From contig MU060001.1 of the NCBI GenBank assembly GCA_013265495.1, positions 372,001-436,000 on the forward strand: a DNA stretch of 64,000 nt, given 5' to 3'. Numbering within the stretch: the stretch's first letter is position 1; each line of letters starts with the position of its first letter. This DNA is from Vicugna vicugna. Lineage: Eukaryota. The translations under genes and the position numbers were made by a program. This document shows, piece after piece, positions 10,301 to 22,300 of this stretch. A model generated the notes under the pieces. The model saw nothing but the letters and a program-made list of their open reading frames with translations, made no database searches and was not told the DNA's origin.

Positions 10301-13300
10301 CTAGTATGACCAGGTAAGAGTTCCCGGCCTGTCTGGATTCTCTTAGGACTGTAGTGGGTGTAACCAGATGAAATCAGAATTGTCTGTGGAGGACAGAGCC
10401 CGTTTGTGCCCCGGCGTTAGAGAGCAGTGCCCGGTTCTCGACCCTCGAGGGCTTGACAGCCACTTGGCCTCCCCACCTGTCAGATGGAGAGACTGGGTCT
10501 CCGTCCACTTCCACTGTCAGCTCTGAACTATAAGAGGTCCCTGGTCCAGAGGATGGTCTGCAGAAGAGCCCATGGTTGTCTGTGTTTCCTTGAAAGTAAT
10601 TTGTCTAAAATACAGAATTTATCTTGTCACTTCTTAGTACTTAGTAAAAATTAAATACATCTGTAAGATAGGAGTAAAATATTTGGTTGAATGTAATGGG
10701 ATGCTGGAAAAAAAAATTTAAATGTTAGTTGTGATCACTGCTGGAGAATAGAAATGGAGTTGTGAGGGTGTGGGGGTGAGAAGGGCCCCTCCACGCGTCT
10801 GTCTGCTGCTGTCCCTTTAACAGCAGTCACCTTCGCTTAGAAGTAAACACTGGTAAGAACATTGAGGAGTGAAGTAAGGAGCCCCCTTGCCATTTTTGGG
10901 GTTCAGTGCTGTCACCGAATTGATTTCTGTTTTTGAACGCACACGAAAACACACATCTCGGTGTGTTCACAGCAGTCGTAGCTTGTTTTTCTGGGGAAGG
11001 GACAGCGGTTCCTGGCCGTCTGCAAGGCTCACGAGCATCCTCTCACCCTTCTGCTTGGGAATCCCTCCCTGACGTTTTATCGTTCCGCATCCCCGGTACG
11101 GCAGGCGAGAGGGCATGTGACGGGCTTTTGTGGTGGCTCCAGCTGTCATCACACCTGCCCCATTCTTCTGTTTAACTAGTCTAAGAGAATAGCCAGTCTC
11201 TGGCTTGCTCAACATTTGCAGCTCCAAAAGTCCCAAAAATTAACAGGTTTTTTTCTACTAGCTGTCAAAGGTCTCCCAGCCCTCCCCTTGACTGTTCAGG
11301 GAACCCTAAGGTGACAGGTGCTAGTCAGCATGTGGGTGGTTGCGTTTCGTGTGTCCTCCGTCCCTGCCTGGAGACGTGGGGGAGCTATACACGATGGATA
11401 AGCATGTGCTCTTTCTTTTGGGCCCACAAGCGTTCAGAAGCAAAGTATCCCTGTGTTGCTGGAAGGCAGAGATGCTCTCGTGAGATCCCAGACGGGCTCA
11501 GGTCAGTCGTCAGTAAATTTCTGCCCTTCCCCACGTGGTTGTGCAGCCGGGTGTGTCGTAAGGGGTCTGGCGAGGGGTGGTGGCTGCTTTGTTTTGTGGG
11601 GGGAGGGGAGCCCTGGATCCATTCACATCGTGGAAGGAAGGGGGCAGTCAGTGGGGCTGCGATCAGGAGTGATCAGGAGGCAGCCAAGTTCCACTGTCGT
11701 TCCTCAGAGCCCGCCTCAGGGCTTTGCCCCGCCTCACTCTGGTGGGCAATGAGCATTTTCTCCTGGTATTAAAACTGTTCTGTGGCGAGCACACGCTGAG
11801 TGGATGCCAGTCTTTTGGCTTGAACATGGAACACTGCTTTTGTGCGTTCCAGAACAGTCTGGGCTTGCTCTTCTGACCCTCTTGTGCCCTTAATGGCAGG
11901 TCCCCTGTTCTCTGCCCCCTTCCGCCTCCCTGCCCCCCACCCCTGCCCCGGCTCGGCCACCATTCAGGCGGGTGGATCCCAAAGTTTTTGCCATCCCCTG
12001 GTTTCTCCTTGGTCTTCAGAGGCCATCTCTGGGGTTCAGACAGGCTCCTCCCGACGTGGGCACTGCAGAGGATGCTCCCTGACCACTGAGGCTCCTTGGG
12101 GAGGTTAGGGGGTGCTTCAGAGGGGATACAGGGTGACAGTCACTGAGCTGAGCTTGTGTGTGACCTGGAAGATGCATCATCGGCTCCCTTGTCAGATGTC
12201 AAAGGAGCAGAAGCTGCAGGTTTGTTAGAAGCACTGACTTTACAAAGCAGAACTAGGGGTTGTGGCAGACAGGTCACTTCCCTTTTCACTGGATGTGGGT
12301 GGGCCGCTCCTGTCCCCAGATTTCAGGGCGGCCCAAGGAGAGCAGTGCCAGCTTCCTCTGCTGTCTGTGCTTTTCTGACATCCACAGGCTCCGTGATGTT
12401 AACTGCTTTTGTGCTTCTTTAAAAGGTAAAACTCTTGCCTACTGCATCCCTGTGGTCCAGTCCCTTCAAGCAATGGAGTCCAAAATACAGGTGAGTGTAA
12501 AGTGTGCTTTTCTGTTATTGTTCACAGCGCACAAGAAGCCATCAAACTGAACCAAAGCAGTAAGATTGGGACCAAGAGAGTCTTTTCACTTAGCTTTGTT
12601 TTCTTCCCTCTTTTAAATTTATTACATAAGCATGTTGCATCTGAAGCCTGTGCCCAGAGTGGAATGGAGTAAACACATGGTCGTCCTGGCAGGTCTAACA
12701 GGGAACGTTTGTAAGATGCTCCCCGTGGGTCAGACATCCGGCCAAACGCTTCCTTGTGTTATTTTCTTGACTCTCTTAACTGCCCCAGACCCCCCAGCTG
12801 TAAGGTATTACTGTTAACCTTGATTAAGGAAAAGTCAAATGGAGGCTTGAGAAGGTCGGATAACTTCCTGAGGCCGAGTGGGGGGATCGTGAAGCTGAGT
12901 TTCCACCTCTGTCCTCTTTGGCTCTGGAGGCCCAGCTCCTCTGACTGAGGACGGTGAGCATTGTATTTAAGATGGTGGTTTGTCATGAATAGTAGGCGTG
13001 AAAATAAGCACCCAGTTGGTGGGTGTGACAGTTGGGCCACCTCGGATTTAGCGTTTCCTAGAAATTTAGTTGTCAAACACACTTAGCACCTGGGCCAGGA
13101 GGGCCAGAGCTGGATTCCCTGGGTTCCCTGGGAGGCCGTGTGCCTGCTGTGTTCCACAGGCGTGGGTGTCCTCTCAAAACCCAGAACCCCGCACACGCCC
13201 CGGGTATTCTCACTTGAGAGGAAACAGTGAGATCAGAAATAGGGAGCAAGACAGGTTCACAAACAGGTGAGGAGAGCTGATTGGTTACTTTTTTCTCAGT

Positions 13301-16300
13301 CTGGACATGCAGAATTAGATGTGTGTCCAGCCTTCCTGTTATTTGAGTGACAAAATAATGAGGGTGTTGCTGTTTATAAAAACAGATTTTAGAAAGTTTC
13401 TTTTGTACAGCACAGGAAACTATGTCCAGTGTCTTGTAATAACCTTTAATGGAAGAAAATATGAAAACGAAGATACGCATGTCTCAGCATGACTGGGGCA
13501 TTGTGCTGCGCACCAGAGGCGGACGCACTGTGACTGACTGTACTTCGATTAAAAAAAAAAGACAGTGTTGGATCATGGCCTGTAGTCTAAAACAAATCCC
13601 CGTGGGTCCAAATCGATATAAATTATTGATTAAATAGATGAGACAAGGGAAGGGCTTCCTTTCAGTAGAATTCCATGAGTAAATGTGAGACGTCATCACC
13701 CGGCAGATGCCACGGCAGTACTGTTTCGGGCAAGAATCCCCAGAGCCGCTAAAATGAGAGGATGAAAGCGTGATGAAAATCGGGCGTCTACACAGTCTCA
13801 GAGTATCTCTCCATAAGATACGGGAAGAAGGGCAACTTCACGGGGGAAGCCGGCTGCCACCACCGTAGCCGAGGGGTCAGAGTGGGCTCACCGGTCCTGA
13901 GACGTGTCGACATCATGTCTCCTGATCGGTGCGTGGAGCACGCAGTGGTACACCCGTGGTTTTCTTGCCAAAAATGCATAACCCGAATTTAATCATAAGC
14001 TTCAGACAAACCCAAATCAAGGCACATTCTAAAAAGAACTGGCCAGTGCTCTTCAAAACTGTTAAGGTCGCAAAAAATGAAGCAGTACTAAGGCACTACC
14101 CCAGATTAAAAGAGGTGAAGGAGACATGGCAGCTAAATGCGGCTTGTGGTCCTGAACTGGATCTTAATCTGGAAAAGGGATGTTAACAGGTCAGGCGATG
14201 AAATGTGAGTGAGGTCTATAGATGAACTGGCCGTATCAGGTCAGCGTTAATTCCCTGTTTGATCCTTGCCCTGGGATTCTGAGACTCCGTGCCGCCTAAG
14301 GAAGCCTGCGAGAAGGGTGGAAGGGAGTCCTTTGAACTGTTGGTGCAATTTTTTGTAAGTTGGAAATTATTTCAAAATGAACACATTTACATCTTACTCA
14401 TACTGGTTCTGTCCGAGGCGAGTGAGTGAGAATTCTGTCTCCTGGTGTTCCCCTCCGTTGGGCACTCTGCAGTGAGATGGTTCGTACGAGGGGCTTAGCG
14501 TCGTGCCCCGTGTAGGTTACAGAAGAAGAAATGTGAATTCTTAGACCAATGTGGTAATCTCATCTGCTTGCACACTCCAGGAGAACTTCTTCCCTTAGAG
14601 GTTTTTTCCTTCCGGGAAAGTTGCAGAGTTTGGGCGTATATTTGAGCTGGAATGGGTCCTTTGGTTCTAGCCCAGCTGTCTCATTCCTGGAGCCATGAAC
14701 TGAGGACAGGAGAGATTCGATTACGTTCCTAAGGTGTAGACAGTGTGGTGGGTGGCTCTGCTCAAGTCCTGGGTCTGTGTGTCACGTTGGGCAAATCATT
14801 TCACCCGTCTGTGCCTCTTGGGGAATAACTTGGGTTATCCTAGCATTGCCACGAGGATCGAGTCCAACGTGGGGAGGTGGGAGCTGCTACCAGGCGCCTA
14901 GTGATAGTACTTGCTCATTAAACATCAGCTGTTGTCAACACAGACATGTGGCCAGTCTGAAGGGCAGCATTTTGAATGGCTTATATTCAGACCATTAACA
15001 AGCCTTCTCGTTTTTATTTACTGAAATATTTTTAATATCAATAACAGCTTATTCTATTAAAGATTGAAAATATTCTGTAGATACAGTTTTCCAAGCCCAA
15101 ATTTAATTCACTTATCTTGAGGAATATTCAGTCTAGGCCCTTGGAATTCATTGCGAAAGGATTTGACCTGTAAAAAACACATCTGGAGGGAGCAGCAAAT
15201 TCAAGGCGCCCAGCAGAGCCTTCAATTACTTTCGTGACAGAATGAGAATGGACTGACTGCCTTTCTGTGTTTTCACTCTTTCAGCTATTTTGGCTCTGAT
15301 TTTTTTTTTAACATCACATCCATCCTTCCTCACTCACTTCTGCCCTGTGAGGAATTGATTGTTCTTTCTTCTCCTCTGTGTAGTAACACCTTTTGAAATG
15401 TCAGCATCTCCTAACGTCACACTGTGGCATCAAGACGGTTGTACTAACATGTTTACCGTTCCTCACCTGGGCTTCAGCACAGTCTCGCCAAGTTGATGCC
15501 GAGCACAGACGGCTCTCGTTTGAATTCCAAATCCTTTTCTCCTTGTGGGTAAATGTTTCCCATGCAAAACATGAAAACCATCTTCGTAATTTAATTTGCC
15601 GCCAACTCTGTGCTTAGCTTCTACACTAGCATAGTTTTGATTCACTCACTAGGTGTCTGTGAGCACTTCGGAGGTACAAGACGCCCCGTTGACTTCGGGA
15701 CCTTTATCAGATTACTTTGTTTTCTTCTGTCATCATTCCTATTATTTTTAGATATAATGTGCATGTTTTAAAAAATGTGAAGAGTACCAAAAAATACATA
15801 GTGGAAGTGCATCATTCTGCCCCTTTCCCGGAGTGGTTCAGGATGCGAAGGTCCCCATCACCAGACTCTTGTCTGTTCCCCTGGGGATAGTCTTTGCATA
15901 TGAAGTACACATGAGTATGCGTAGTGCCCCTATTGAAGTTGATTGAAGTTTTTATTTGTTTGATACACAAGTAGTTGCTTGCTATGCATGATTTCCTGGC
16001 CTTGCTCTTATTCACTTATATGTTGGGGATGGTTTCTTAACACCATGTTGATCTGCCTTGTTTTTTTAATGGCTGCCTAGTAGTCCACTGCCTGTATGTA
16101 CCATAAATTATTGAATCATTCCCTCACTGGTGTTCCACACTTGGCTACAAACAAAGCTGTTATAAATACTCTACATTCTATAAAATACTTTAGAATTTCT
16201 TTATGCACACATATAAGTGTATATTTTTGAGAAATTTCTGTAAGTGGAATTAGCATTTTTATTTATAATACCAAAATTGACCTTTAAAGGAGTTATACCA

Positions 16301-19300
16301 ATTTGCACTCCCACCAGCAGTGTGCAAGAGTTCCTGTGTGCCTGTGCGTTTATCGACACTATTAGCTGTTTTATTTTGGCTTATCTGATGGGAAAATATT
16401 GTATCATGGTTTTAATTTGAATTTCTCTTAGGAATAAAGTTGAGCATCTTTTTATATGTTTAAAAGCCATCTTTTGAATTCTTATTTCCATAAATTAGCT
16501 GTTTATGTCCTTCATTTTTCTGTTTGAGTTGTTGGTCATTTTTATTTTTTAATTGAATGTTGAATCTTCTTTATAAACTAAGAAATTGGCCCTTTCCCTT
16601 AGGTGGCATATTGTTTCCCCACATTGTCATTTGACTCAATTTTGTTTAGGTATTACTTTTCCATTCCGAAATTTAAAATTTTTACATAATAAAATTGATC
16701 AGTGTTTTATATAGTTTCAGAGTTTTATGTCACCTATAAAAATGCCAACTTAATTCCAACTTTATTTCTAACTTAATTTTTTTGTAAAAGGACATTTGAA
16801 ATATCCATCTTTTCAGTACTGATACAAATTGCCCTTTTTCTAAACTGTGTTTGCTATTGTAATCTCTATTTGCTAGTATCAATTTTTTAATGCTACTGTA
16901 GATTTAAAGTTTTAACATCTGATGTTGTTCAGAAATGTCTTGATTATTCTTGCACATTTATTTTTCCATATGAACTTTCGAATCAGATTGTCTGGTTGTA
17001 TATGTTACTTTCATATGCATATACGTGTGCATACATGTGGCATTTTTTAGATATTTTATATACACATAGAATGCATATGTATGACATTTTTGTTAGAACT
17101 GCATTACGTTTATGGATTGATTTAGGGAGAATTAGCTTGTTTATAATATTGAGTCTTCTTACCCAGTAATAAGATACATTGTTCCATTTATTCAAATTTT
17201 ATTTTATGTGCCTCAGAGGTATTTTAAAATTTTTATCCTTCAGATTTTGTACATTTTTAAGCTCATTCTTATCTTTTTTTTGCTAGTATAAGTGTGATTC
17301 CATCTAACATTCTGTGTTGGAAGGCTGTTGATTTTTATATATTAATTTTGCATTCAGCTGGTTCACTGAATTGTCTTCTTTGTAATAGATTTTCAAGTGA
17401 TCTTCTTGAGCTTTTTTTTTCCTAGGATAAAATATAATCTGCTACTAATGACAACTGTACCTCCTACTTTCTAGATTTATACATATTTATTTGTCTTGTC
17501 TGATTGCATGGGCCAGAACTTCTAGGTCAGTGTTCTATGGTAATGAGGGTAGTGGGCGGTCTTGTCCCCTCTTTAATGAGACTGCTCTGGTTTACAAGTG
17601 ACCACCCTTAATCTCTCTGTCTGGGCTCCCGTGACCTTCATTCATTCAACTCATGGCACTTTTTTCCTTTTGTGTCAACAGCGTGCTGACGGCCCCTATG
17701 CCCTGATACTGGTGCCAACGAGAGAGGTAAGCAGTCTGCTTTCAGGATGGGCGCTAAGCAAGCACTCTCAGCTGTATCGTTGAGTTTGAAAGTGGTGTTA
17801 ACCTTTTTTCTCTCCACTGCACAAATCAGTACACCCTTTCCTTTGCTGGGAACCACCTTCTGGTTCCTGTCAGGAAATAAAACCTGAGTACTCTTTGAAA
17901 ACCCCAATTTAAGTATGGAAGAGTATCCTCTGTTATCCAAAAACTAATGACACTATAAATTTCTGTGCTTTTCAAAAGAATTAAAATAATCACACTTTTT
18001 CCTTTGCTTTTTTTCTATTGCAACTTAATTAAAAAATAAAAGCAAGCAGCCCTAAAAATGAACTTCTTTTTTTTAAGAAGCTACTGCACCCAAAATTTTG
18101 CTTGTTTCTGAAAGTTAAGCTTCTGGATAGTTTTCTTCTTTCTTGATGGAACTCTCTTCTATCTGATTTATTGTATTTACCTACAGAGGCAATTTCAGGG
18201 TAGGGTATCTGTTTTCCGTATCACATGCTAATCACTTCCTTGCAGAGAACTGGCCATGGAGATGGAGGTCTCACTCAGCCTTTGGTACAGCCTGCAGCGC
18301 CCTGTCTCAGCTCCATCCAGTGAAGGAGCGGGCACGAAGCTATTTAAATTTTTACAGCAGCAAACTCGCTGCTTCCCTGGGATGCTTCGTGAATACTAAA
18401 TGTGTGGAAACGGTGTCTGTCGTTGGATAAAGGGATTATGTAGCCGCTTTTGGGATGGTTTTTAACAGTTGTAACTTACGTTAATTTTCACTATCGGTGT
18501 TTTCCGGTGGGCTTGTTGGTGTTTTTTGTTTGTTTGTTTCCTTTTGTTTACTTCCCCTCCCTTTAATAAACTGGGGGGATGACCTTCTCTGTCTTTAAGC
18601 TGCGGCTCTGCTCTGGCATGTCCTTGGGCTGTAGTCACGTCACCTTTAAAGTAATGTTCTCAGGGCTGGCCTGTTGCTCCACGACGTGCTTTACCCTTCA
18701 CCCATATTACATTCTTTCTCTTTCCGGAGGGAACCGAATTCAGGTTGACTCTCCTTCATTTTCTTCCATCTTTGTGCCCCTTAGACTGTTCTCTGTGGTA
18801 CTCTGGGAATTTGAGCCAGCAGAGGGAGCACAAAACACTATTTTTGTGTACGTCCAAGAAATAGATGTGATGTCTCTACCCATATTCTCCAAACTGACAG
18901 GTTTCAGAGTCAGTCTCAGAACAAGTCATACTTCCAAGTAGAGTCTGTGTATAGGATTTATGTATTTATTGTAATCCTAATTTGGGGTCCAGCATTAGAT
19001 CCTTATTCCTCTACACTCTCTAAATTCGAAAAAATAAATAAAAAGGGGAGATGGGATCTTGCTCCTTATCTGTAACTTTTTCATGCTTACAGCTGGCTCT
19101 GCAAAGCTTTGAGACTGTCCAGAAACTGCTTAAGGTAAGGCAAGCCGTGAGTTCAGTTTTATCTTTTCTCCCCCTGACTTTTTGAAGAAAGAGAAATATG
19201 CCACGGCCTTTTCTTAATTTTTTTTATAGAGCCGGGAACTCTTCCAGTCCCCCTTTGTTCCCCGGCTGTCTCTGCTCTCCCCAGGTACGGGGTGTGGGCT

Positions 19301-22300
19301 CTTATTGATCTGAACCTTATTAATCACCAGTTTCTAGCTTGGCTAGGTTACAGTGTTTCCTGGTACTTCAGGTCCCATAATCTGTTCATCACAGTCACCA
19401 GCAAGCCACGCACAGAGGTTCACAGGCACATCCTTAAGGTGACCCACTGAAACAACAAGCCACAAGTAGGGTTTGTGTAAGAAAGAAGAGAGAGCGCTTC
19501 AGAGCCGAAGCCCACCAACCCAGCAGCTTAGGCGGAGACTCGATCTGTCCTTTCTTTCATCACAGGCAGGCACAAGGAAGTGCTGTACTCGGGTCTTAGC
19601 TCAACCAAAAAGGAAAAGAAAGGCATTCGACTTGCTGAAATGTGTTTTCAGTTCAGGCTCTGCGGGGAGGCGGAGAAGCGACTTGAATCATTTAAAAAGC
19701 TCACATTTCTCTCTCTCGGTGTTGGGAGCTCATTGCGTGACTATAACTTAAGTTACGGCTGCTAACAGTCAGATAATGCTGCCGTGGGCCTGGCCAGGCC
19801 TGCGAGTCGTGTCTGCCCAGTAATCCCTCGTGCAACGAGAAGCCCAGTCCTCCCTCCCGACTCCCTTGAGGAAAAGGAATTGGGAATCAGTCTCGGCTTT
19901 CATTGAACAGGACTTTGCATTGATTTTGGTCTGATGTCTTTCTGTAGCCATTTACCTGGATTGTGCCTGGAGTGTTAATGGGAGGAGAGAAGAGAAAATC
20001 AGAAAAAGCCAGGTAGGGGGAAGTTGGCTTGTTTTTCGTTCCATTTTGAATCTCATCGGTCCTGCCTTCCTATTCAGTAAGACTCTCTGGCCCTTCTCCA
20101 CCTGGAGAGAGCCTCATGTCAGGCGACGCGGCCTAGTCCCTGGGTGTGGGATGGATGGAGCCTGCGGGGAGTGGTCACGGGGGGAGTGGTCACCGCTGGA
20201 CAGTGCTGTTTTTTAAAACACTGATGAACCAACCAGGGGCTACCTTTTGATGTGGTCAGTAAGAGTGCTGGTTACCCTCCTGTCTCCCACCCCGTCTTGT
20301 TTAGAATGTGTCCCCTTGACTCCTTTTGTGTACCTTGGGAGTTTAGGCCTTTGTTGTTTGATTTTACAAAGACAAGATTGTAAACCTACATAACGCTTTG
20401 CCTCTTTGCACTTTACACCCCAACACATCGATTCTTAAGTCTGTGTTGTTAAGTTTGCACAACGTGCTTATGTTCCAGCAAGGAGACAAATGGATAAACG
20501 GAACACACAGGTCCCACAAGAACCTACAGAAGGAGGAGGGAAATTGTTACAGAAAGTAAATCTCATTGTCTGTGTTCTTTATAAAGCATTTTCATTTTAT
20601 TGTAGTTTAATGCTTAGTAGTTATACCCAACCATGTGCAGCATCTGTAAGCGAGGTGGCTAATATTAAACTGGAAACCTTCATGTGTTGCTCAGGATTAG
20701 ACTTAGCTGTAAATGAAACAACAGTAGTGGCACAGACAACATGGAAGTTTTCTCTTTCTTTCACTTTTAAGAAGCCTGATGGTAGCCCGTCAGGGCTGGC
20801 GTGGTGTGTGCGCCGGTGTGAGGACCCAGCCTCCTTCTGTCTGTTTGTGCCACCAAGGGAGGCTTCCATTTTCAGACTTTCCTCACAGTGTTAGATAGTT
20901 GTTGGAGCTCCAGCCATTGTATCCAGTTTCCTGCCAGTAGGAACAAAGATAATCATACCTCCTCCTTCCAAAGGTACTTCTGGGATCTGCATGTTCCGTT
21001 TATCCATTTGTCTCGTTGCTGGAACATACGCACGTGCCCAAACTGAACTGCAAGGGAAGCTGGAAAATGCACTCAGCTAAGAACTGTGGGCTTTAATTAC
21101 TAGGGACTAATGGGATAAAGGCTGTCTGGGGAGTAAGAATTAGATTTATTCTGCCTAGTCTACGGGCAAGGGTAGGCCCGTTGTATGGAAGTTCCAAGGA
21201 TTCAGTATGAGGAAAAAACGTTCTGGCCATTGGCGCGCTGGCGTGGGGTAGGTCACTCAGGTGAGAGGTTCCCTGGCACAGACACCGTCAAGAACAGGCT
21301 GGGTGACCATCTCTCTGGAGGGTTCTAGAAAGCACGTATAGATCAGATAAAGGGCGTTGGATTAGATAGTAAAGGTTCCTTTGAGGGTTAGGGTTTATGA
21401 TCTTAATAGGATTTCAGATCTCACAGTTAACGTTCTGTAAGAGAAACCTCGGAGGAAAGCTGGAACGCAAGTCTGTCGCTGTGTTCGCGGTTCCAGGCTG
21501 TGGTGCACGGGTGCTCGCCCTGAGTGTCTCCTTAGCCTTTTCCCTGTGTTTTCTGTTGCTGCGGCTCCATCTGATTTACTTTCTTTTATGAAAAATAATT
21601 TTAAACAGAATCCGGAAAGGAATAAATATCCTTATCTCAACTCCTGGGCGGCTCGTGGATCATATAAAATCCACAAAGAACATTCATTTCAGTCGGATAC
21701 GGTGGCTGATTCTGGACGAAGCAGACAGGTGAGCCTCTTCCAGGAAGCCTGAAAGGGGGAAGAAAAGGGCTCTTTCTGCTGTCTTCATGGAAGCTTCTGT
21801 AGCCCCTGAGTGCACGTTCATTCACGTAGATGGAAATTCCTTCCTTGAAATCACAGAATCTTGGATTTGGGTTTTGAAAAGGATATCACCGTGATACTTA
21901 ATGCCATAAATGCCGAGTGCCAGGGACGACAGAACGTCTTGCTGTCGGCAACACTCACGGAAGGTGAGTTGAAAAGACGTGCTCTTTGTTCTTAACGAAG
22001 AGGGAGGGCCCAGGCACAATCTGCATTGTCTGTCAGCAGCAAAGATGCTCGGCCTTGGGGGAGAGGGCGAGGGGGCGAGTATCCCCAGGGGACTGCTTTT
22101 CAAACCACGTGTCCTGCACGCCCGGCCTCCCTCTCCCAGTCATCCTGAGTCCCTGTGGTCCCAGCATGTGGGGAAGGGGAGGAAGGCAGGTCCCAGATCC
22201 AGAGCATCCCAGTGAGGAGGGTCCTGCTGGCGCTCACATTGGGTGGAGGGGGAGGGAGGAGGCCGCCTGCCGCCCACCGCCTGCCGCCCACCGCCTGCCG

